Part shown: piece by piece, positions 20,701 to 27,564 of the stretch | Layout: each line of letters starts with the position of its first letter | Numbering within the stretch: the stretch's first letter is position 1 | Source of the DNA: an uncultured Planctomycetota bacterium | GTDB taxonomy: Bacteria; Planctomycetota; PLA2; JAEUHO01 | Length of the DNA stretch: 64,000 nucleotides | Direction of reading: 5' to 3' | NCBI GenBank assembly: GCA_963752285.1 | Contig: CAVVXN010000001.1 | Location: 832,001-896,000 of the forward strand | Notes under the pieces: model-generated | Seen by the model: only the letters and a program-made list of their open reading frames with translations | The model's database searches: none | What the model was told of the DNA's origin: nothing | Translations under genes and position numbers: made by a program

Positions 20701-21352
20701 GCTCGCGTTCCGTGACGGCGAGGCGGTCGCGCTCGTGAACCTGGGCGAGGTCCACCTGCGCCTCGGCGCGCCGGAGGAGGCCGAGCGCGCGTTCCGCCTC
20801 TGCGCGCGGATCACGCGCGAGACGGGTTCTCGTCGTGTCGAGGCCTACGCCTGGCACGGCCTCGGGCTCCTCGACGCGATGCGGGGCGACCGCGACGCGG
20901 CCGAATCGCACCTCGAGCGCGCGCTCGCGCTTCGGCGCGAGATCCAGAACATGCAGGCGGTCGGGGACACGCTCCTCGCGCTCGGCGCGCTCCACCAGGA
21001 TCAGGGCGACACGGAGCGGGCCGCGGCGCGGCTCGGCGAGGCGCTCGCGGTCGCCGAGTCCGTCGGCGACACGAGCACGGCGACCCTGGCCGGGATCCGC
21101 CTCGCGCTGCTCGGGAAACGGAGCGCCGAGGACGCCGAGGCGCGCTACCTCGCGGCGCGCCCGCGGCTCCGTCACGACGCGGCGGCGGAGGCGAGCTGGC
21201 TCCTCTGGCGGGCGACGGGGAAGCCCGGCTGCCTCGAGACCGCGCGGGCCCTCCTCGCCTCCGAGCGCGCGAACGCCCCGGCGGGCGCGGCGGAGCGGAT
21301 GCTCCGGGCCGTGCCGGTCCACCGCGAGGTCGAGGCCGCGCGCCGGGCCTGA
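17705..21352 (+). CDS. Ser/Thr protein kinase with AAA (STAND-like) ATPase domain and TPR repeats
   Basis: LGVGGMGRVY, VAIK, HRDVKPEN, DLGVA and YAAPE kinase motifs. ADAGFGKT and VVEDLH ATPase motifs. C-terminal TPRs. No TM segment. Confidence 0.93.
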   Translation: MDPQRYRRVKEVYFEASAFPEADREAYLVTACAGDAALEAEVRRLLATRPPSTDGVRPGPARGAPPEALRDGTRVGEHVLVRVLGVGGMGRVYEARADDGSRVAIKVFHPHLLERAGSRARFHREVEIGRRVTHPCVVRTLGAGSVTLASGPVDYLVMEYVQGRTLRQVLDHLGSLPEGLVREIGSQAARGLEAVHEAGAVHRDVKPENLLLTEDHRLRITDLGVAKVLEGVPSLTSDGQFVGSLHYAAPEQLGQGTIGPATDLYALGVVLYELATGSHPFAAESPAAMLRAHLERVPTPAVDRGVGVSPFLSAVLATLLAKDPRDRFPSAAALAGVLEEGESAPWWRDHATRSAPARPPLVAVARETAMYGRVQERERLEAAWGDAREGHGRTVLLVADAGFGKTRLVGELLQSHATDDAARLYGAFEPGGGGGLRSALARYFLEDAPEERIEEYLGESRALLPGIVAWLRRQLPPADRPLPDLATRNALAARLLTGLAARRPVLWVVEDLHHAGADALTTVFSLARAAAGKAVLLVLTSREPLPPAPRAELGRITRFESVPLGRIPTADVEGICRERFDDEDAARRVGPRVAALADGVPLFALEILRGLEIGGRLTRTPSGRYVETQPIDDIEVPPTLRELVGDRLHGLTREEAEMLDVAAVAGGAIDPDLVARVRGVTRLRVLEVLGHLEKKSRLVRSDGATLRFDHPLIGEVVYDALPPALRQELHRLVAEAILAGADGPDAVTGQAAAAAVHHHLRGATPDRALPLAPRAIEWLSGNHHGPRMVDVLVRLREVRDVDPVVRVRYGIHLGRTLQQLGRSDDAQSTLAESIEEADRLGDPGLRVDARAALGYLRIERGEFDGALQTLDEVSPLLGPGADPARRADALGARGQALWCLGRYEDARRCHEEALALARDVGLSNFEARASSDLAVVCHELGELDRAEALLRRAIEIQRAEGTLRNEAVSISNLANVLHDQGRKAEALESYEASLALCRKLAFRDGEAVALVNLGEVHLRLGAPEEAERAFRLCARITRETGSRRVEAYAWHGLGLLDAMRGDRDAAESHLERALALRREIQNMQAVGDTLLALGALHQDQGDTERAAARLGEALAVAESVGDTSTATLAGIRLALLGKRSAEDAEARYLAARPRLRHDAAAEASWLLWRATGKPGCLETARALLASERANAPAGAAERMLRAVPVHREVEAARRA

Positions 21353-21451
21353 CGGCCCGCGCCACCGGGTCGCGGTCGGCGTTGCGGTCGGCGCGGGGAA
21401 TCCGTGTCTCTCCTTCCGGGGGCGCGTGGGGCGCTCCCGCCGGGAGCCGAC

Positions 21452-22582
21452 ATGGCCTCCTTCCCGCCCGCGCTCCACCGTCCACGGGCCCTTGCCGGGG
21501 CGCTCGTCCTGGCCGTCCTGGGGAGCGCCGCCGTCGCCCTCGGGCCCGGCCGGCCGCGGGGCGGGTCCGACCCGTCGCCGCCCGCGCGTCTCTCCCGGAC
21601 GGGGCTCTACGCCGACCCCGCGACCCTGGCCGTCGCGCGGGGCGTCCTTTCGTACACGCCGCAGTACCCGCTCTGGTCGGACGGCGCGACGAAGCGGCGG
21701 TGGATCCGGATCCCCGAGGGACGTGCCATCGACGCCTCGGACCCCGACCACTTCGACTTCCCCGTCGGGACGCGGATCTGGAAGGAGTTCTCCTTCGGGC
21801 GCCGGGTCGAGACGCGGTACATGGAACGCCGCGCGGACGGGGCGTGGACGTTCGCGACGTACCGCTGGAACGAAGACGGAACGGACGCCCTCCTCGTCCC
21901 GCCCGGGGGCGCGCCGGCCGCGGCCGAGTCGGCCCCCGGCGTCTGGCACGACATCCCCTCGCTCTTCGACTGCCGCGCGTGCCACGGAGACGGCCGCCTC
22001 GCGGTGCTCGGCTTCTCCGCGCTCCAGCTCTCGGCCGACCGCGATCCCCTGGCTCCGCACCGGGAGACCCCTGCGCCCGGCGCCGTGGACCTCGCGGGGC
22101 TCGCCCGGCGCGGGCTCGTCCGGAACCTCGACGCCGCGCTCCTCCACGTCCCGCCGCGCGTCGCGGCCTCGAGCGACGTCGCCCGCGCCGCGCTCGGGTA
22201 CCTCCACGCGAACTGCTCGTCGTGCCACCGTCCCGACTCGGACCTCGACGGCGTCGGCCTTTCCTTCCTGGTGCGCCTCGGCGGCGCGCAGCGCGGCCGC
22301 TCGGACGCGCTGGCGACGGCCGTCGGCCGGGCGAGCCGGTTCGGTCGCGCACCCGGCGTCGCGGCGCCGCTTCGCGTCGCGCCCGGCGACCCGGACGGGA
22401 GCGTCGTCGTGCGGCGCATGTCGTCGCAAAACGCGCTCGTTCGGATGCCGCCCTTCGGGACGCACGCCGTCGATCCCGACGCGCTCGCGCTCGTCGCGCG
22501 CTGGATCCGCGAGCTCGAGAACCAACGCGGTAGCGACCGCCGCGAGGGTGCGGCGGCGGCTCCCGCCCGATCGGAGCCCTGA
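21452..22582 (+). CDS. Diheme c-type cytochrome (SO2930-like)
   Basis: Signal peptide. YTPQYPLWSDGATKRRWI, FPVGTRIWKEF, CRACH, YLHANCSSCH and RMPP. Confidence 0.85.
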   Translation: MASFPPALHRPRALAGALVLAVLGSAAVALGPGRPRGGSDPSPPARLSRTGLYADPATLAVARGVLSYTPQYPLWSDGATKRRWIRIPEGRAIDASDPDHFDFPVGTRIWKEFSFGRRVETRYMERRADGAWTFATYRWNEDGTDALLVPPGGAPAAAESAPGVWHDIPSLFDCRACHGDGRLAVLGFSALQLSADRDPLAPHRETPAPGAVDLAGLARRGLVRNLDAALLHVPPRVAASSDVARAALGYLHANCSSCHRPDSDLDGVGLSFLVRLGGAQRGRSDALATAVGRASRFGRAPGVAAPLRVAPGDPDGSVVVRRMSSQNALVRMPPFGTHAVDPDALALVARWIRELENQRGSDRREGAAAAPARSEP

Positions 22583-22583
22583 C

Positions 22584-23135
22584 ATGAAGACGACCCTGGT
22601 CCTGACCGTGATCCTCGCCGCCGTGGCCGGCATCGGCTGGCTGCGTCCCGCCGAGGGCCCCGCCCGCGGCGCCGCGCGCGGACGTTACATCGTGAACGCC
22701 TTCGCGTGCGCCGACTGCCACACGCCCTTCCAGATGGGGCCGCACGGTCCCGAACCCGACCTCGCGCGAGCGCTCTCGGGTCACCCCGAATCGCTCGCCA
22801 TGCCCCCTGCGCCGCGGCTGCCCGCCGGTCCGTGGGCGGTGACGGTCGCCGCGACGAACACGGCGTGGTCCGGACCGTGGGGTACGAGCTTCACCGCGAA
22901 CCTGACCCCCGACGACGAGACCGGCCTCGGCCGGTGGACGGCGGACATGTTCGTCGCCGCGATCCACAGCGGCCGCCACATGGGGCACGGGCGCCCGATC
23001 CTCCCGCCCATGCCCTTTCCGGCCCTCTCGAACCTGAGCGACGACGACCTCCGCGCGGTCTTCGCCTACCTGCGCACCCTACCGGCCGTCCGGAACCACG
23101 TTCCCGACCCCGTGCCGCCCGCCGCAGCCGAGTGA
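22584..23135 (+). CDS. c-type cytochrome (c-553-like)
   Basis: Signal peptide, RGRYIV..CADCHTP, ANLTPDDETGLG, PPMP and AYLRTLP. Confidence 0.88.
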   Translation: MKTTLVLTVILAAVAGIGWLRPAEGPARGAARGRYIVNAFACADCHTPFQMGPHGPEPDLARALSGHPESLAMPPAPRLPAGPWAVTVAATNTAWSGPWGTSFTANLTPDDETGLGRWTADMFVAAIHSGRHMGHGRPILPPMPFPALSNLSDDDLRAVFAYLRTLPAVRNHVPDPVPPAAAE

Positions 23136-23160
23136 CCGCGGCGGACCGGGCGGGGCGCGT

Positions 23161-23219
23161 GGACCGCGCGTCGCAAAACGGGCGACGCGCGGTCCCTCGT
23201 CCTCGTCCGAATGGGACGA
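23161..23219. other. Two adjacent hairpins: perfect 14-bp stem GGACCGCGCGTCGC/GCGACGCGCGGTCC and 6-bp stem TCGTCC/GGACGA
   Basis: Stems at 23161-23174/23182-23195 and 23203-23208/23214-23219. No U-tract, so a terminator role is uncertain. Confidence 0.6.
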
Positions 23220-23519
23220 ACTTCGATGCGCTGGGCGTCACGCGGCCCGCGGCACGCCCGGATCCCGAGGACCGCGCGGCTCGTCGTCGGCGAGCCGTCG
23301 AAGCCCATCCTCGTGGCCCGGCGCGATCGGCCCGGCCCGCCCCGCCCTCCCCGCGGTCGGGTCCGTGGTCCGTGCCCGGCGGGCCGGGTCCGCGGGACGG
23401 CCCCGAGAGCCCTGTTTCTCGGGCGTTCCGAGCGACGCCCTCCCCCGGTCGGGCGTGTCGGTGGTTCTGTCTATGTTAGGTCCTCCAGACCACCGCAGCC
23501 CGGAAAGGGGGAACCCCAG

Positions 23520-26168
23520 ATGCCCGCCCTCGAAGACGTCCGCCAGGCCCTCTCGTCGATCGACCTCGTCCCGGGGCTCTCCGTCCAGAACGTCGAGATG
23601 CGCCTCGACGTCGGCCTCCGTCTCGGAGACGTGGGACAGCGCGTCCTCGCCTTCTACCTCGTCGAGATGGACGCCCGCCGCCTCTACCAGGCGCTCGGGT
23701 ACCCCACGACCGCCTCCTACGCCGAGGACCGCCTCGGTTTCGACCGGCGCCGGACCGCCGAGCTGATCCGGGTCGGGCGCGCGCTGCTCGCGCTCGAGGA
23801 GCTCGACCGGGCCTTCGCGCGGGACCGGCTCCCGTGGTCGAAGATCCTCCTGCTCTCGCGGGTCGCGACCCCGGAGCACGAGAAGGCGTGGCTCGGGCGC
23901 GCGCTCGAGAGGACGACGCGCGAGCTCGAGGCGGAGGTCCGAAGCGTCAGGGTGGGCGCCCCTCCGCCCCAGCCCGGCGAGCGAAGGGGTCTTCCCGAGG
24001 TTCGCTTCGAGGTCGAGATGAAGGTCTCGGCGCTCGTCCAGGCGAAGCTCGAGCAGGCTCAGGCCCGCGTCGAGGCGGAGCGCGAGACGCCGATCGGAGG
24101 GCCCGAGCTCCTGGACGTCCTCCTCGACACGTTCCTCTCGCTCGAGGAGGACGGGACCGCGCCGGGGAAGAAGCGCGTGGACGCGTCGCTCTACAAGATC
24201 GTGCTCCACGAGGAGGAGCCACCGGAAGCCGGGGACCAGGCCGGGGACGAGGCTTGCGACGAGGCCGAGGACGCGCACGAGACGGAAGAGAGCGACGGAG
24301 GCGCGTCGCCCCCGCTCGGGGACGCCGCGAGCGACGAGGCGAATCACGCGGCGCACCGCGCCGCGAGCCGCGTTGCGGGCCACGCCGCGAGCCCTGCCGC
24401 GAGCCACGCCGCGAGCCACGCCGCGGGCCACGCCACGAACGTCGCGGGGAGTGACGCGGGGCCAACCGCACCGACCACGCGGTCCGCCGACGGCCCGCGG
24501 CTCTGGCTGGAGGGGGGCCTCTCGCTCGACGCGTCCCTCAGCGCGGCGATCCGCTGCGACGCGGCCGTGACCCGGATCGACGAGGCGCGGCACGGTCGCC
24601 ACGACGATCCAGGTCACGATCACGACCACAAGGACGTGAAGACCCCGCCGTGGCTTCGGAGGCGCGCGCTCGCCCGCGACGACCACCGCTGCCGGGGCTG
24701 CGGCTCCCGCTACCGGCTGATGGTCCACCACGTCCGGTGGCGCTCCCACGGAGGGCGGACGCACCTTCGAAACCTCGTGACGCTCTGCGTGCGCTGTCAC
24801 GCGCTGGTCCACGCCGGCCTCCTCGTCGTCACCGGGAGGGACGCCCGCCGACTCTCGTTCCTCGGGCGGGACGGGCGGGCGCTGCGACGTCCGCTCCCGG
24901 CCGAGGACCGCCTCGCGATCTTGGAGATCCCGCCCGCACGGGACGGTGGGGGGGCGGGAGCGCCCGCGCGACCCGGGCCCGCGGGCGCGGCGCACGCGGG
25001 GATCGGGCGCGCGGAGGCCGGGTGCGCGGAGGCCGGGTGCGCGGAGAGCGGGCGCGCGGAGACCGGCTGCGTCGGGATCGGGAACGTGCCCCGGGAGATC
25101 GACGGGGCGTGGTGGCGGCGCCACAAGGATCTCGTCCGGTTCCGGAGCGAGACGACGCTCTCGCTCCGTCCGGGCGTCGCGCGGCCGGTGGACGAAAGGG
25201 CTGCGAGCCGAGGCGCCGCGAACCGGGAGGGTGCGCGGAGCGAGCCGATCCCGGTCGAGCAGGCCTTCCCCGGCCTCGTGGGCCAGGACGCGCTCCTGGC
25301 GCGGCTCGCCGTGACCTCCAAGGGGTCCCGGGCCCGGGGGGAGACGTTTCCCCATGTGCTCCTCGTCGGCCCCGCGGGCACGGGGAAGACCACGATCGCG
25401 CGGGGGATCTCGCGCCTCGAGGGAACCCGGCTCGTCGAGGCATCGGGGAGCTTCCTCTCCGACGTCGGCGCGATGGTCCGGCTCCTGGCCGGACTCGAAG
25501 AGGGCGACGTGTTCTTCCTGGACGAGGTCCACGCGATCCCCGCGGCGGCGCTCGAGACGCTCTACCAGGCGATGGTCGAGCAGGCCCTTCCGCTCGTGGT
25601 GGAGATGGGCGTCGAGTCGCGGCCCGTCCGGCTCGTGCTCCCGCGCTTCACGCTCGTCGCCGCGACGACCGAGGAGCCGCGCGTCCCGCTTCCGCTCCGG
25701 AGCCGGTTCGGGCTCGTGGAGACGCTCGGCTACTACGGGGCGGCGGACCTCGCGCGACTCGCGGTCGCGCGGGCGGGGGCGAAGGGGTACGCGCTCGGGC
25801 CGGAGGCGGCGAAGGGGCTCGCGAAGGTGGCGAGAGGAACGCCCCGTGAGGCGATCCGGCTCGTGGAGCGAACGCTCGACGCGGCGGCGGCCGAGGGCAC
25901 GAGGCGGATCGACGCCCGGGTCGCGACGAGAACCCTCTCGCTCCTCGGCTACGACGCCGACGGGCTCGACCCGACCGAGCAGCGCTACCTCGCGCTGCTC
26001 CGTGCGAGCGCGGGGCCCGTGCCGCTCGGCCGGCTCGCGCGGATGCTCGGGACGAGCGCGGGCGCGGTGCTCCAGAGGGTCGAGCCCTACCTCTGCCTTC
26101 GCGGCCTCGTCCGCGTGACGCCGACGGGGCGCGTCGCGACGTACCGACCTCGGATCGCGGAGGCCTGA
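23520..26168 (+). CDS. Fusion protein: DUF222-like N-terminus, HNH endonuclease and full RuvB-like AAA+ ATPase
   Basis: Purine-rich RBS then ATG 23520. HNH RDDHRCRGC..VHHV..GG..NLVTLCVRCHALVH at ~24650-24815. RuvB-like VGQ, GPAGTGKT, FFLDEVH, FTLVAATT, PLRSRFG, RGTPR and EPYL..TPTGR at ~25266-26145. Confidence 0.92.
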   Translation: MPALEDVRQALSSIDLVPGLSVQNVEMRLDVGLRLGDVGQRVLAFYLVEMDARRLYQALGYPTTASYAEDRLGFDRRRTAELIRVGRALLALEELDRAFARDRLPWSKILLLSRVATPEHEKAWLGRALERTTRELEAEVRSVRVGAPPPQPGERRGLPEVRFEVEMKVSALVQAKLEQAQARVEAERETPIGGPELLDVLLDTFLSLEEDGTAPGKKRVDASLYKIVLHEEEPPEAGDQAGDEACDEAEDAHETEESDGGASPPLGDAASDEANHAAHRAASRVAGHAASPAASHAASHAAGHATNVAGSDAGPTAPTTRSADGPRLWLEGGLSLDASLSAAIRCDAAVTRIDEARHGRHDDPGHDHDHKDVKTPPWLRRRALARDDHRCRGCGSRYRLMVHHVRWRSHGGRTHLRNLVTLCVRCHALVHAGLLVVTGRDARRLSFLGRDGRALRRPLPAEDRLAILEIPPARDGGGAGAPARPGPAGAAHAGIGRAEAGCAEAGCAESGRAETGCVGIGNVPREIDGAWWRRHKDLVRFRSETTLSLRPGVARPVDERAASRGAANREGARSEPIPVEQAFPGLVGQDALLARLAVTSKGSRARGETFPHVLLVGPAGTGKTTIARGISRLEGTRLVEASGSFLSDVGAMVRLLAGLEEGDVFFLDEVHAIPAAALETLYQAMVEQALPLVVEMGVESRPVRLVLPRFTLVAATTEEPRVPLPLRSRFGLVETLGYYGAADLARLAVARAGAKGYALGPEAAKGLAKVARGTPREAIRLVERTLDAAAAEGTRRIDARVATRTLSLLGYDADGLDPTEQRYLALLRASAGPVPLGRLARMLGTSAGAVLQRVEPYLCLRGLVRVTPTGRVATYRPRIAEA
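24321..24440 (+). repeat. In-frame 12-bp tandem repeat (10 degenerate units, consensus CACGCCGCGAGC = HAAS)
   Basis: Units read directly in the linker before the HNH domain. Confidence 0.85.
25005..25079 (+). repeat. In-frame 15-bp tandem repeat (5 units, GG(C/T)GCGCGGAG core = G[RC]AEx)
   Basis: Units read directly in the linker between the HNH and RuvB-like domains. Confidence 0.8.
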
Positions 26169-26437
26169 CCGGGGAGACGCACGCGACGAGCGGCCGCCCC
26201 TCGAACGGAGGAAGGGGAGCCGGACGCGCGCGAGCGCGACGGGGGAGAGGTGCGTCCCGAGGCCGCGGCGCGCGGCTGCGGCGCGAGGCCGCGCTGCGGG
26301 CGGGGCGCGAGGGCGCGGCGCGCGGGCGCGGCGCGGGCGCGGTCGGGGTGCGGGTGCGGTCGGGGTGCCGAATCGGGGGGAGGCGGGCGAACGAGGCGCC
26401 CCATTAGCCCGTCCGATCTCGCCGAGGGCGATCGGAC

Positions 26438-26482
26438 GAGGTCGGCGAGGTCGGCGAGGTCGGCGAGGTCGGCGAGGTCGGC
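26438..26482 (+). repeat. Perfect 9-bp tandem repeat (GAGGTCGGC)x5
   Basis: Direct reading. Preceded by hairpin CGTCCGATC/GATCGGACG at 26410-26438. Confidence 0.95.
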
Positions 26483-26499
26483 AGGCGTCCGGACGGGGC

Positions 26500-26852
26500 G
26501 CTTTGTAAAGATCGGCGCGCGCCGGACGTCCGGCAAAACCGACCGGGGGTCGGGATTGCGCTCGACGCTTGGCCGGAGCCGCATCCCGTGGGCGCCCGCG
26601 CGTAGAGGGCGGCGGCGCGAGAGCTTCCAGGACGACGGGCGCGCGCCGGACGCCTGGCCATGCCGAGCGTCGGGTCCCGACGGACCGTCGGGTCCCGACG
26701 AACCGCCGGGTGTCGCGCGGGTTGGGCGCCCGGGGTGGTCGCGGGCGGCGTTGCCGGGGTCGGATCGGCGGCGCCGAGGGGCTCGTGTGCAAGGGCTTCT
26801 GTAAAGACCGGGGCGCGCCGGACGTCCGGCAATGCCGACCCGGGTCGGCAAT
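26500..26852 (+). repeat. Three dispersed copies of a ~45-58-bp palindromic unit
   Basis: Copies at 26500-26557, 26623-26666 (degenerate) and 26795-26852. Core is TGTAAAGA..GG.GCGCGCCGGACGTCCGGCAA..CCGACC..GGTCGG. Confidence 0.85.
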
Positions 26853-26926
26853 CGACATCCGGGACCTCGGGGCTCGTGTGGGGCGGGCCCGGGCCGCGCT
26901 TGGTCCCCCTCCGGACGCTGGACAAT

Positions 26927-26940
26927 ACTGACCAGTCAGT
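26927..26940. promoter_or_regulatory. Probable TetR operator ACTGAC-CA-GTCAGT
   Basis: Perfect inverted repeat in an AT-richer patch ~55 bp upstream of the tetR start. Confidence 0.7.
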
Positions 26941-26995
26941 CGGTTTTGGGTGCTCGGCGTCGTCCGGACCGGGCCGCCCGGAGGACGCACATCCC

Positions 26996-27562
26996 TTGCA
27001 GACACGATCCGAGGACAAGCGCCAACGCATTCGTCGCGCCGCCGCCGAGCTCTTCGCCACGCGGCCGTATCACGAGGTCCTTCTCTCCGACGTGGCGGCC
27101 GCTGCCGGCGTGGGGAAGGGCACCATCTACGTCTACTTCGAGAACAAGGACAGCCTCTATCTCTCGGTCTACCTGGAGGAGTTCGTGGCCCTGGTGGACG
27201 CCCTCGATGCGTCCGCCGACGCCGCTCCGGACGCCCCCGAGGCCCTCCGCCAGGTGGTCCAGCAGCTCGTCGCCCACATCTTCGGGAGCCCCCACGTCTC
27301 CGAGCTGCTGCGAAACGTCGGGGCCCCCGGCGCGCTGACCCCGTTCCGCGAGCAGCACGGGCGCCTGACGGCGCTGATCGCCAAGGTGATCCGGCGGGGC
27401 GTCGAGGCGGGCCGGTTCCAGGACCCGCGCCCCGACCTCACCGCGGTCTACCTCCCCGGGATCGTCCGGTCGGCGCTCCTCTACGGTCCGCAGGGACTCA
27501 CGGCCGTCGAGGTGAGCGAGCACCTGGTCGGGCTCCTCCTCTCCGCGCTCGCGGCGAGGTAG
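26996..27562 (+). CDS. TetR/AcrR family transcriptional regulator
   Basis: GGAGGA RBS with TTG start. RIRRAAAELF..DVAAAAGVGKGTIYVYFENKDSL HTH. Confidence 0.92.
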   Translation: MQTRSEDKRQRIRRAAAELFATRPYHEVLLSDVAAAAGVGKGTIYVYFENKDSLYLSVYLEEFVALVDALDASADAAPDAPEALRQVVQQLVAHIFGSPHVSELLRNVGAPGALTPFREQHGRLTALIAKVIRRGVEAGRFQDPRPDLTAVYLPGIVRSALLYGPQGLTAVEVSEHLVGLLLSALAAR

Positions 27563-27564
27563 CC

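Noticed and set aside
17029..20715. 1228-aa ORF starting as an ECF sigma factor (apparent giant sigma fusion)
   Set aside because: After ~17476 it is out-of-frame read-through over the sigma C-terminus and the kinase gene, caused by a single-base insertion.
17435..22633. 1732-aa minus-strand ORF, and similar giants at 23238-27005, 32774-37837, 42210-45728, 47221-50385, 53786-57193, 53896-57321 and 59677-62709
   Set aside because: Shadow frames of well-supported genes. They are Arg/Gly/Pro/Ala-rich with no motifs, as expected where stop codons are rare at very high GC.
25266..26168. Ordinary stand-alone ruvB gene
   Set aside because: It is in frame with the upstream HNH region with no stop, has no convincing separate RBS and start, and lacks ruvA/ruvC neighbours.
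26438..26852. CRISPR array interpretation of the repeats
   Set aside because: The 9-bp repeats have no spacers. The longer units number only three, with uneven start spacing (~123 and ~172 bp). No cas genes are in the window.
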